Assembly (NCBI RefSeq): GCF_009914755.1
Contig: NC_060931.1
Direction: 5' to 3' (one strand)
Source: the human T2T-CHM13v2.0 reference genome, Homo sapiens
DNA length: 64,000 nt
This document shows positions 41,067-54,620 of the stretch, in pieces. Position numbers and translations under genes: made by a program. A model generated the notes under the pieces. That model ran no database searches, was not told where the DNA came from, and saw only the letters and a program-made list of their open reading frames with translations. Position 1 is the first letter of the stretch; each line of letters begins with the position of its first letter.

Positions 41067-42748
41067 TGTATCTCAAGAAGAGATGGATAGTTGTATAGCT
41101 TGATATTTGTTTCTATGTTTGATTTAACATTGTCATATAAATTTGTAACTGGCACTACATGATATTGATGCCTTGTGATTCCCATAAGTAAGAAAAGTGG
41201 ACAGTTGTTTTTTATTTATTTCCGTTCATAAATGTCAGAACAGGTACCCTTAAACTATGGGGGATAAGTTTTGGCTTAAGTTACTGGAACTTTTTGACCA
41301 ATATATTTAACTAGAATGAGAAAATGTACTTTGACAATTTCAAGCATAGTTATGATTCTATTTCCTAAATAAAAATTGTACAAAATTTAATATTTTACTT
41401 TTATGTAGGTATTTTTTTTAAATTTGTGAATGAAGGACTTTCAATTTTTTATCAAGTCTGGGTGAGTGGTAGTTGTTATTGCATTACCTTTATGCAAATC
41501 AGAAAACTGAGAAGTGACTAAAGTCAGATAGCAAGTAAATAAGTATCAGTCAGGGCTGGCTGGCTGACTTCAGGTTCAATATTCTGTTCATTAAACTACA
41601 AGTAATGTTTTAAATCTATTCAATGTTGCAGTGATATCAGAAAGCCATAGTTTGAGATATTTGTGCAGCTACTAGTGTTGTTTCTTAAATATATTTTAAA
41701 ATACGTGTCATTATTCAATGCTTGGAAGATGTAACAATAAAAGGTTATGCATTTTTTAACAAGTGAGGACATTTCTGTATAAGATTATCTTATCCATGTT
41801 TTTATCTTTATCAAAAATTTACTGATTATAACACAGTAAGTGCTAAAGGAAGGTATGAGTGTAATACTCTGAACTGATATGGATAGAATATTTTGGCGTG
41901 TTGGGAGATGAATGCTTGCCTACAGAGGATTGATGACAAAGTCAGAGGGTATCAGGATGTGGTCCCACAGAAAGCTCTGGGCTTAAAATTGAGATATTGG
42001 AGTCATTTAGTATACATGGAGTCAATGTTTGTGAGTATCTAAATTCTTACTTGTAAAAAGAAAGAGATTGGTAGACATCAGGGTCCCCCATCGTTGAATT
42101 CTGGCTAATTCTGCCTTATCATCCCTTTCGCACTCACAGTGTGCACAATTTTCCTTTTTAAATCCCTTTGGAAGAGGATGCACTTGACATTTAACCATGG
42201 GCCCCATCATCCTTTCTGGTCTTACGATCCATCTGATTTACAGTTTTTGTTATCTGCCTAGCCCCACTGTAGATTAATTCCAAGTTCTCTTTTTGCTAAG
42301 CAAAACAAAACAAAAAAATCCTTGCGGCATTTTCATCTAAAATTAACTGGTTGTATGTGTAATTGCAAACAAATAATAGCTAAAGCCGGCTTCTGTTCCA
42401 GATAATACTGTTTTAAGGCTACAAAACCTACTAAAATTGTTAAAGGTTTCTCAATTGCCAAAATATAAAGATATCCCCTTACAAAATTATTAACATTAAT
42501 CTAATAGTCTCATTTATGAAAATTCTTAAGAAGTACATTAATTACTTGACTAATCAGCCAGGGGATCCAGCATTAGCTTTCTCAAATTTAACTGAGCTGA
42601 AAGGAGTCTAATCCTGTGATACAGAGAAATAATTGGGTTTCCAATGTCTTATAGTCTTAATTCATGGAGATAGCTTGAGTCCCTTGAAGAAAGATCTGGT
42701 CATCAGGGTCTGTTACCCTCTAATCGTAATCCTTATTTCTTCTCAAAG

Positions 42749-43019
42749 GTCTTGCTACCCTTTTTACTGGATTTAGAACGCCATGTATGATGCTTTAACT
42801 TTCCATCCGTAACAGATTTTCTCTGTCTGTTTTGGGTATTTCCACTCATTTTCTTCTCTTTGTCTCCCATCTTCCTAGAGAAAAAGAAGTCTTGTTACCC
42901 TTTTTACTGAATTTAGAAAGCCATGTATGATGCTTTAACTTTCTATCCCTAACACATTTTCTCTGTTTTGGGTATTTCCACTCATTTTCTTCTCTTTTTC
43001 TCCCATCTTCCTAAAGAAA
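42749..43019. repeat. Tandem duplication, 140-bp period, about 2 copies
   Basis: GTCTTG(C/T)TACCCTTTTTACTG... starts at 42749 and 42889; few substitutions and one 4-bp indel. Confidence 0.95.
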
Positions 43020-43407
43020 GTGAAGGGTAAGCTTATCCCATCTCCTCCCTCAAGTGCTTTCTCTTTCATTTTTAATTCTCTTTGCCTAGCTTTTTCCCCT
43101 TTGTGAGGACCAAGAAAAATATCCTGTGCTTCCTAGAACATGTGCACTCTTCTTTCCCTCCTTGTATTGCCCAACTTGTTTAAAAGTAATCTGCACAAAG
43201 CACACTTCACATGTGCCTCAACTGCTCACTACCTAACCTCTTACAGTTGGTAATCTTCTCCCACTGCCCTTCTGAAATTGCTTCTGCTTTGCCTTGACTG
43301 GCATTTATTGCTTTCTGTCTGATTTTAAAAGTGATATCTATTTACTGTAGAAACTTACAAAGATATAAAAAAAGAAAGAAAAATTACCTTTAATACCATT
43401 CTCCAGA

Positions 43408-46400
43408 GATGCTGGATTATAAGGCACTTCTATTTTTAATCTTTTGAGAAACCTCTAGACTGTTTTCCATAATGCTTGTACTAATTTATATTCCCACGAA
43501 CAGTATTCCAGAGTTCTTTTTTCTCACCTCGTCACCCACACTTCTCATTTTTTGTCTTTTTGATAATAGCCATTTGAACAGATGCAAGGTGATAGCTCAT
43601 TGTGGTTTTAATTTGCATTGCTCTGATGATTAGTAATGTTCAGCATTTTTTCATATACTTCTTGGCCATTTGTATGTCTTCTTTTAAGAAATGTCTATTC
43701 AGTTTATTTGAATGTTTTTTAATTAGATTTTTTTTGCTATTAAGTTGTTTGAGTTCTTGTATATTTTGTGTTTTAATCTCTTATCAGGTGTGCAGTTTGC
43801 AAATATTTTCTCCCATTCCATAGGTTATCTCTTCACTCTGTCAATTCTTTCCTTTGCTGTCATAAAGTTTTATATTTTATGTAATCCAATTGTCTGTTTT
43901 CACTATTGTTACCTGTGCATTTGGGGTCATATAAAAAAAAATCACTGCCAAGACCAATGTTTTGGAGATTTCCCCTATGTTTCCTTCCAGTGGTTTTACA
44001 GGTTCAGTTCTTATATTTAAGTTTTTAATCCATTTTAAGTTGATTTTTGTAAATGGTGTAAGATAACGATCTAATTTCCTAATTCTACATCTGAATATTC
44101 AAATGTTTCAGCACCATTTATTGAAAGGGCTGTCCTTTCCCCATTGTGTGTTCTTGGCACATTTACTAAAAATCAATTAACCATAGATACATGGATTTAT
44201 ATCTTGGCTTTCTATTCTATTCCATTAGTCTACTTTCTTTTTATATGCTATACCATGCTGTTTTAATATAATTTTGTAGCATATTTTAAAGACAGATAGT
44301 GTGATGCCTTTAGCTTTGTTCTTTTTGTTCAAGATTGCTTTGGCCATTTGGGGTCTATTTGTGGTTCCATATAAATTTTAGGACAGTTTTTTTTCTATTT
44401 CTGGGAAAAATACCATTGGGATAGTTATATAATTTGCATTGAATTGGTAGATAACTCTGGGCTGTATGAACATTTTAACAATATTATTTCTTCACGTTCA
44501 TGAACATGGGATAGCTTGCTATTTAATGTGTTTAATTTATTTCATCAACACTTTATAGTTTTCAGTGCACAGATCTTTTACCTTCTTAGCTGAATTATTT
44601 TAAAGTATTTTATTTTTTGGTAGCTATTATAAAAGGGATTTTTTTTAGTTCTTTTTTTGGAAAGTTTGTTGTTAGTGTATAGCAATGCTACTGATAATCG
44701 TATATTGATTTTGTATCCTGCAACTTTACTGAATTGATTTATTAGTTCTAAGAGGTTTTTTTTTTTTTTTTTTTTTGAAGGAGTCTTTGGGTTTTTCTAT
44801 TTGTTAAGACCATGTCATCTACAAACAGGGACAATTTAGCATTTAATTTCCAATTTGGAGACCTTCTAGTTCCCTTTAGTTCTTTCTTTTGTCTATTTTT
44901 TCTGGCTAGGACTTCTAGTACTACACTGAAAAATGTGGGAAGAGTGGGCCTCCTTGCCTTGTTCTTGATCATAGATAAAAGCTTTCAAGTTTTCACCACT
45001 GAGTATGTTAGCTTTGGGCTTGTCATATATGGCCTTTATTGTGTTGAGGTACATTCCTTCTATTACCAATTTGTTGAGAGGTTTTATCATGAAGGGTTAT
45101 TATGTTTGTCAAAGGATTATTCTGCTTCTATTGATATGATCATATGGTTTTTGTCTTTCATTCCGATAATGTGGTGTATCACAATTATAGACTTGTGTAT
45201 GTTGAAACATCCCTGAGATAAACACCACTTGATCATAATAAGTAATCCTTTTAATATGCTGCATAAGTTCTTTGCTAGTATTTTGTTGAGAGTTTTCGTA
45301 TTTATGTTCCTCAGGGATATTGACCTGTAATGATCTTTTCTTGTAGTGGCTTTGCCTGGTGTTGGTATCAGGGTAATGCTGGCCTTGTACAATAAGTTTG
45401 GAAGTATTCCAATTTCTTTAATTTATTGGAAGACTTCAAAAACATTGGTATAAATTATTCTTTAGATGTTAGAATTCAGCAGTAAAGCCATCAAGTCCTG
45501 GCTTATCTTTGCTAGAAGACTTTTTATTGCTTATGTAATTTCCTTACTCGTTATTGGTATGTTTGGGTTTTCTATTTATTCATGATTCAGTTTTAGTAGG
45601 TAGTGTATGTCTAGTAATTTATCCATTTATTCTAGATTATCCAATTTGTTGGCATATGATTGCTCATAATAGTCTCTTATGATCTTTTGTATTTCTGTGG
45701 TATTAGTTGTAATGTCTCCTATATTATTTCTAATTTTGATTCTTTTTTTAAAAATTAATCTAGCTAAAGGCTTGTCAATTTTATTATCTTTTAATTTTTT
45801 TGTTCATCTACTATAGGTTTTTGCTCTGTAACTAACATGAGGCTTGCTTAGAACATCTTATAGTTATAACTATGGTTATTTTAAGCTGATGACAACTTTT
45901 ATCACATTAAAAACTGAACACTTTTACTCCACATATTCTAACATTTTGTTTTTAATGCCACAGTTTAATTTTTTAATTACATATTCCTTAACACATTATT
46001 GCAGCTGTTTTTTTAAATACTTTTGCATTTTACTCTTTATACAAGGATATGTGATAATTAGCCATTACATTATTAGCATATTCTGAATTTGACTTTCACC
46101 AGAGAGTTTTACTTTCAGATGATTGTGTGTTATACATTAGTGTCCCATTTTTTTTCAGCTTGAAGAACTCCCTTTCACATTTCAGGTCTGGTAGTAATTA
46201 ATTTCCCAAATGTTTGTTTTGTCTGAAAAAGGCTTTATCTCTCCTTTGTTTCTGAGAGTATCTTTGTCAGGTGCAGTATTCTTGGTTGACAGTTTTTTTT
46301 TTTTCTCCGCAGCATTTTGAATATGCATTTGCCATCCATTATCTATTGGCCTTTAATGAATTTTTTTTCTGTGAAATCTGATTCTAGCCTGATTGGAACT

Positions 46401-48830
46401 CTCATATATGTGATTTGCATCCTTTCTCTTGCTGCTTTCAGGATCTTCTATTTGCCTTTGATTTTTGGCAGATTGTTTATAATATGTCTTTGTGTAGTCT
46501 TATTTAGATTGAATCTAATTGGAGACTCTTCTATACCTAGATATTTATATCTCTACCTAGATTTGAAAAGTTTTCTGTGATCACTTATTTGCATAAGCTT
46601 TCCACCTCTTTGTCTCTCTCTTCTTCTTCTTGAACTCCTAAATCTTGAATATTTGATCTTTTAAAGCTGTCCCATAAATCCCATGTTTTATTTATTCCTT
46701 TTCATCCTCTTTTCTTTTTTCTCCTCTGATTGTATATTTTAAAATAAACTGTTTTCGAGTTCACAGATTCTTTCTTCTGCTTTGATAAATTCTGCTGTTG
46801 ATGTTCTCTATTGTATTTTGTTGTTGTTGTTGTTGTTTAGTTCATTATATTTTCCAGCTCCGGGATTTCTGATTTAGAAAAAAATTATTTTAATCTATGT
46901 TAAATTTCTAATTTGGTTGTTTATTATAGTTTTTCTGATATCATTTTATTGTTTCTCTGTATTTTCTTGAAGTGTTCCAGACTTTCTTAAAATAATTATT
47001 TTGAATTATTTGTTAGACAGTTTGTTTCTCCATTTCTTTGTGGTCAGCAACTGAGAGATTATTGTATTCTTTTGATGGTGTTATGTCTCTTTGTTTTTTT
47101 TTTTTTTTTTTTTTGTTGTTGTCTTATGTTGATAACTGCACATTTGGAGAAGTTGAGACTTATTTTAGTCTTTGCAGACTGACTTTGTCTGGGAATACCC
47201 TTCAGCAATCAGCCCATCCAGAGATTCTAGGCAGGCCATTTGCTACAGTTTACAGGTGAGCTTGCTACTGGAGTTCTCATGCAAGCTTATTTGATTCTTG
47301 GGTTCAGCAGGTAGGCAAGCCTGATGCCTGGGTCCATGGGATTGGGCCTGAATCCTGGATCCACTTGGGTAGACCTGTTGATTGAGTCCATGGGGGTGGG
47401 CCTGGAGCCTGTATCTGCAGGGGCTGGCTTAAAACTTGGGTCCACAAAGGCTGATGTACTGGTGGGATAGGCTTTGAGCCTGAGTCTGCAGGGGCTGACC
47501 AGGTACTGGCATGGGCCTAGGACCTGGGTCTACTAGAACAGGCCTGGAGCCTGAGTTCATAGGGTCTGGCTTGGTGCTGCAGCAGGCCTGAAGCTTGTGT
47601 TCATGGGGGCAAGTATGGCTTCTGGGTCCATTGGGGGCTGGCCTGGAGCCTGGGTCTGCAGGGGTTCATGAGGGCTACCCTAGCACTGCCCTGGCACTCA
47701 GGGGTCTACTGTAGTTAGGCCGAACCCTGGGTATGCTGAAGCCAGATTCGACTCTGGATCCAACTGGAGCATGGGTCCATGGGGACTGGCATGAAGCCTG
47801 GGTCCTCTGGGGTTGGCCTGGAGCATGGGTGTGTGAGTGCTGACCTGGAGACTAGTTCTATGAGGGCCATCCTGGAATTTGGGTCCACAGGGATGGTCCT
47901 GGAGCTTGAGTATGTTCCAGCCAATAAATTGCTGTGATTTACTGTGATGGGTCTGAAGCCTGTATCTGCTGGAGGAGGCCTGGACCTCGGGTCTGCTGGT
48001 GTGGGTGTGTGCTGGGGCCAGCCCAAGACTGGGCAGACATGGAGCATGCGTCCATGGGTGCCAGCCTAGGTCCCAAGACCAGGAGTGCTTAGCTAGCCCT
48101 GTGTGGACCTGAAGCCTGGGGCTGTGTGGGTCCACCCAGCTCTGTGCTGGTCTGAAACCTGGGGTAGTCGTGGAGACCAAAGGGCCTGGCCTAGAGGTTG
48201 AGTCTGAAGATGCTGGCCTGATTACTAGGGATGTGGGGGCTGGCCTGGCACTGGGGTTGACCCGAATCTCAGACCTGGCTTGGGGGACAGCATGAAGCCT
48301 GGGGCTGTAGGAACTCAACTGGTTTTGGCACTAGCTTGGAGGTTCAGTCTGAGGGTATTAGCCTGAATTCTGGGAGCATGTGGGCTTGCCCAGCTGTGTT
48401 TTACTGGGGTGAACCTGGTGTTGGAGTACAAGGCAAAGTCTTGGCACCAACTCTGAGGTTCAGTCTGAGGTCTGGGAGCATGTGTGCTTGCCCAGCTGTG
48501 TTTTACTGGAGTGAGCCTGGTGTTGGAGTCCAAGGCCAAGTCCACTGCTTTCTTCCCTCCCTTTCCCTCAAGCAGAGAGTATTTCTCCCCATGCTGTGCT
48601 GCAGGGGAAGGATTGATGTGGGTAATGTACAACTGTCCTTCCTACTCTCTTTAATGAATCTTTTCTTATTTTTGTGTCACACTCAGGTGCTATAATTTTT
48701 CACCTGTTTCCTTAGCTCTTGTAAAAATATTTTCATGCAGGGATAGTTGTTCAAATTGATGTTTCTGCAGGAAGCCAGGGAATGAGGACTGGAAAGTCCT
48801 ATTCTGCCATATTGCTGACATCTTGCTGAT
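43408..48830 (-). mobile_element. Old L1M (L1MA/L1M2-3-era) element, ~5.4 kb, retaining ORF2 part, ORF1 and a repetitive GC-rich 5' UTR; 3' UTR missing
   Basis: ORF2-like peptides on the minus strand (MYKASITLIPTPGK...YRSISLRNINTKTLNKILA; [18 protein letters not shown]; KLSLFVDDMVL). ORF1-like region ~46100-47200, GC-rich array 47300-48540, terminal CTATTCTGCCATATTGCTGACATC typical of L1M 5' ends. Confidence 0.85.
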
Positions 48831-50560
48831 CAGAACCCCAGTCTTCAGTTGTTAAGGATTTAGAATATTTTCTATTATAAACAAGTATTGGAATTGCTCT
48901 CTTGAAGATTATCAGTAACCCCTAATGACGTAAACCAATGTCATTTTCTGGGCCTTCTGGCATTTGGAATGGCTGCTGCATCTTTTGAGATGAACTTCCC
49001 TCTGCCTTTGATTCTCTTTCTTTTGTTCTGACTTTTTATTCCTCTCCCTCTCCTAAATGTAGATGTCCTTTGAGGTAGTGTCCTTTGCTTTCTAGTCTAA
49101 TAAACTCTTCTCTGGAAAATTTACTTTTCTGAAATTTACATTTTTAGTGTTGAAATCTCTCACAAGTTCTATCCCTTTTTTCTTCTTAAACATTTCTACT
49201 TAAAACCAATGTTAAAACCAAATTGGATTTACCAAAGATTATATAAAATTGAACTTCACTAACCCCAAATTTATGACTTTTTGTAACTTACAGATTTAAT
49301 GGTACTAACTATTGTCTGAATTATCCAAGCAAAGCTTCTCATGTAAACTCGTGCATCTTTTCTGCCAACATGTCCAAGTCCTTTTGTCCCCTCCCTTCCT
49401 TTCCATTTAATCTCAATGAAATTCATCCTCTACTGTTTTAACAGAAGTTATAACTTCTATTAGCATCACCTTTAGGCTGCCCAATATCGTCATTTACCAG
49501 AAAAAATGTGTTCTTTAAAACATAGGTCAGTGGTCCAATATGTATCACAATATAAAAGCAATTTGAAAAAGTTTTTGATACTTCAGTTACCTGCATCACA
49601 GAAGAGTTTTCTTTTTCTATGTAGAGGGTTAGGGACAGGGTCTCTTTGTTCCTGCTTTTTCAAGGATTTGTGGTCTGGAAGGTTTTTCACTATGGGTTCC
49701 CCTCTGATACTGCTTTCTAATCATTGAAATCCATACACAGTGTATTAGGTAATATCTAAGCTGATAGCACCTCTGACATGGTCTTATCTACTTGGGATGT
49801 ACTCATCTGCCTGAGTCATCGTCATGTTCTTTAACAAGAAATCATTCAAAAATTGCCCTACCGTGGTCTGTGGACAGTTAAGACAGGCACTCCACAGATA
49901 CATACCATTCAACTCTAATAAAGGCTACACATTTTTCAGATTACTTTTTAAGGCAAAAATACTTCTGTACAAATAGTTAAATAAATTACATATGCTATTT
50001 TTGTGTGTTCGTGGTGCTTAAATGAACAGTTTTATTTCTATGTGAAAGAGAAAAAAATGGTAATGTTATTACAGGAAAATACTATCATGTTAAGAAGAAC
50101 ATATGTTTGACTAAGATTTTATCATATTAAGCACCCAGCTGTCTTTGGCCATTGAAGCTTTCTTGGACAGATAGGTTCCTGAGCATTCTAAAAACACTCT
50201 TTTTGATTGCCAATATGATGTTTGGTTTCAGAGACTTTCTGTCTCATGTATTTGCCATAAAGAATGAACATACTGATGCTCTCCCTCAGTTTTAGCAAGA
50301 GAAACATTTTAGAGCACTGGAATGAGGTACTATGGAAGGCTGTATAATTACCTTCCATTAAGGTCTTTAAAAACAGAATGGCTATTTATATTTCTTGAAT
50401 TGTCTTAAAGAAGCTCTTTCTACATGGGAGGAATGGTTCTGTGATGGTTTTTGAGGTCATTTTAGGTCTTGAGTAGTTTTTATGTTTTAGATAAGTTTGG
50501 TACAGAAAAACACACTTGTTCAGAAAAATTGGGTCTGGCACTGGTTCTATCATAAGGTTA

Positions 50561-51372
<812 letters not shown>

Positions 51373-51734
51373 AGCAAACAGCTTGAAAGACAAATCCAAT
51401 ACAGTCTTGTCTAATTGTTTTTTAATCTCTATACAGCTGAACTGTTGTGATGGTTGAGGCAATTAATAAAAGAAGTCTGCATTTTGAAGAAATAATAAGT
51501 GAGAATAAAAGTCAGGGAAGACCATTGTTTCACAGAGGCGACCTAAGTGGTTTCAACTTATACGAACACTGTGTGCTAACAGCTGTGGGTCCGTCCTCCT
51601 TTTCCAACTTTGAGAAATTTTCTCCTTTCAAACGGTTCTTTCTTATCCCACAGTCTGCTCTGCCATCTCTTTCCTCATTACTTTTCTTGGCCTGAGCATC
51701 TGTTCTTTCCCCTGTGTGCTGCTAAGGGAAGAGG

Positions 51735-51945
51735 CAAGGTGGTAGAGTGAAAAGAACAGGGATTTTGAATGAGGCAGACCTGGATTGGAATCTTGCTTTA
51801 TTACTTACCATCAAGATTGCTTTAGTCAAGTTACATATCTCCATCTAAAACACTGACATAATTTCTGTTACAAAACGAGGTGATATATTGAAAACATCTT
51901 AGCAGGGTTGCTGACAAATAATGAATTCTCAATAATTATTAGGCA
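51735..51945 (+). mobile_element. MIR
   Basis: GGTAGAGTGAAAAGAACAGGGATTTTGAATGAGGCAGACCTGGATTGGAATCTTGCT matches the MIR 5' part. Confidence 0.7.
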
Positions 51946-52339
51946 TTATTGCTCTATTTTCATATGGCATGTCAAAATACCACCACCACCCAATTTAAAC
52001 ATAATTATTTTAAGCCTAATAAAAGGAATATAAATTGGCTTTAGAAAAAAAGTATAAATAGGAGCAAAAGTTATTTGAGTGAGATAGCCAAACATAAATA
52101 AAAGCAGGCATTATTAACATAAACAGTTTCAATTAAGATGCATGCTTTTAAACTGAATACTTTATGAGAAAAGTATCAAGTTCTCAGATATAAGTTGAGG
52201 ATGGATACCTCTGGTAATTTTCCCAAATTAGAGGCCACTATGAAGAAATAATATTTCAGATATATACTCAAAAATGGAAATGTATTTCAAATCTGTATGT
52301 TTGTTGGTGAAAGCATGTGATATTTTCCAAGTCAAAGAG

Positions 52340-52610
52340 GCTGTGTGGCATTAGAGTTAAGTGCAGTGCTGGGTTTGTATTCCAACTTTATTAGTTACTA
52401 GCTGTATTATCTTGGGCAAGCTATCTAACTGCCCCATGCTTCATGCTTTCATGCATACATTTGGAATAATAATAGTTCTGTGCTTACATAGTTTGTGTGT
52501 GTGTGCATGTATGTATGTATGATAATTAACTGAATTATTTCATGAAAGGGATTACAACAGTCTTCGGCAAAGACTAAGTGTTCAATATTAATTAGGTGCT
52601 CTTATTGCTA
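52340..52610 (+). mobile_element. MIR
   Basis: CTGGGTTTGTATTCCAACTTT...TTACTAGCTGTATTATCTTGGGCAAGCTATCTAAC...TAAGTGTTCAATA. Confidence 0.75.
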
Positions 52611-52995
52611 TCATTATTAGTAGTAGTAGCTACAGGAAGATAGTGCTACTTGAAAAAAAACACATCTTCCCCAAATTATTTTATGGCTAACATGGATTGA
52701 GCATTGAATATCTTCACAGACTAGAAGAAAACACTGTTTGAGCCTAAAACAAGGGGATCAATATTATCAGTATTTCATTTATTTATTGATGAAGAAGTTA
52801 AAGATAGCTACAATGTTGAAAGCTACTCCACATAACAAAGTAAAGATCTATTGTCCACTTGGTTTGCAAATAAGATACAGTATTGGAGTTGTGCCTAAGT
52901 AAAAATTATTTTTTCTATTGTGAAAATATCAATTACACATTTATTTTTTGTAAGGTACATTTTTAATCAATGTCCCTAGTACTTACAAACATATA

Positions 52996-52996
<1 letters not shown>

Positions 52997-53038
<42 letters not shown>
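52997..53038. repeat. (AC)21 microsatellite
   Basis: Read directly; uninterrupted, so likely length-polymorphic. Confidence 0.97.
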
Positions 53039-53040
<2 letters not shown>

Positions 53041-53949
53041 CTATGCAATTCAATCCTTGCTGCAATTCTGCAAGGCAGATATTAATAGTTCTATTGTACA
53101 AATGGAAAAATTGAAGATGAGAAAAATTCTGTGGGTTGCCTAAAGGGATGACTAAACTGAGTAAATGGGATACTTCTTGACTCTTCTTTGGGTCGCTTTG
53201 TTTCTCTCAAAGTATATTCACTTCCTGAGAGTATGACTATTACACTTCTCTGTGGACCTCTGCTATATTTTATGTTCAGAAAACGTACCGTATTTAAGAA
53301 GAAAGTTCATTCTTTGCAATCAAACTCTACTAAGAAATATGGGTGCATTCGTATGGAGAGCTGCTGAATGCCTGAGTGTGGCAAGGAAATCTCTGGAGGC
53401 AGAATGGAAACAAAACTCACTCTAAAGGAGTTTGGGGTTCCAGGCATTTACAAAAGTAGAAGGCCAGAGATAAGCATGGAAGATGCTGATCAATAGACAG
53501 ACTGGAAAAATGTGACCATAGTCACAGAGGGGTTCAATTGTAGCTGCATTAATGAAGCAGGTTCTTGACAATTTTGGTAAACCATGCTGATAGCCAGCAG
53601 CATGCACCAAAGAGTAAATCATGCTCTCTGGAGGCCTATCACAGAAGGGATGCCAACTAATGAGATTCCACACATCATTGTGATGAGGTATGAATGCTCA
53701 TCAGGAACAATCGACCTAGAAACCGAGGCCAGTATTTCAAGGGGTATCTTACGGTCAAGCCCTTACTGGTGTAGACAGCTCCAGATGAAATATATAATTG
53801 TTCTAAGCCAACTTAGTGACAGAGCAACCCTGACTATTTCCTACCAGGGCTGACAGGTTTTTTGGACTGGGTATGGATGAGTAAACCTTAAAATAGAACA
53901 AGGGGTAGGCTAAATCCTTCTGGTCTTGTGTGTTGCTGAGAGAATAGGA

Positions 53950-54130
53950 ACTCTGGAATCAGAGAGACCAAGATTCAAAACTCAGCTCTTCTATTTATTT
54001 TATATAATATTGGGTAAATATTTACCTTCTTAGGCTTTAGTTTCTTTATCTCTAAAATGGGACTAAGAATACCTACCTCAAAATGCCTAATATAATATAC
54101 ATAAATTTCTGTAATGTAACATCTATTTAA
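53950..54130 (+). mobile_element. MIR
   Basis: CTCTGGAATCAGAGAGACC...GCTTTAGTTTCTTTATCTCTAAAATGGGACTAAGAATACCTACCTCA. Confidence 0.75.
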
Positions 54131-54324
54131 TAATTTTTATTTTATTTTATTTAAAAATTTTTTAATTTCAATATTCTAATTTTTAGGCATAAGCCAATAA
54201 ATATTAGTTTTATCAGCCTCCTTCTATTAATATTTGAGACCAGAATTGATATACAATGTACTTCATATCTTTTCCTGATTATAATTTCCTCACATTCTTG
54301 CTTTTTTCTTAAAGTTGATGATGC

Positions 54325-54620
54325 GTTTATTCATTCGACAATCAGTTATTGAACAAATATAATGTGCCAGGAACAGTGTCAGGTACTGAGACTGCAGAAA
54401 CAGAAGACATGGCCTTTCTTCCAAGTTAATCATTGCAGCATTCATAGACAACTTCCGTACAATATGGTGAGTACAGGATGCTAGGGGAGCACCTCGGACA
54501 GATAGAGTGATGATGGTTAACATCTGTGGTACATTTTAAAGTATGAGTATAGGTTATCCAGGTAAACGTGGATGAGAATAATGATACATTCCCCCAAAAG
54601 GATAACACATGGAAAGATAT
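54325..54620 (-). mobile_element. L2 3' fragment
   Basis: TTTATTCATTCGACAATCAGTTATTGAACAAATATAATGTGCCAGGAACAGTGTCAGGTACTGAGA is an antisense L2 terminus. Confidence 0.7.

Noticed and set aside
47698-48318. Longest ORF (206 aa, minus strand)
   Set aside because: Lies in the GC-rich repetitive L1 5' UTR array; Pro/Ser-rich low-complexity translation with no recognisable domain.
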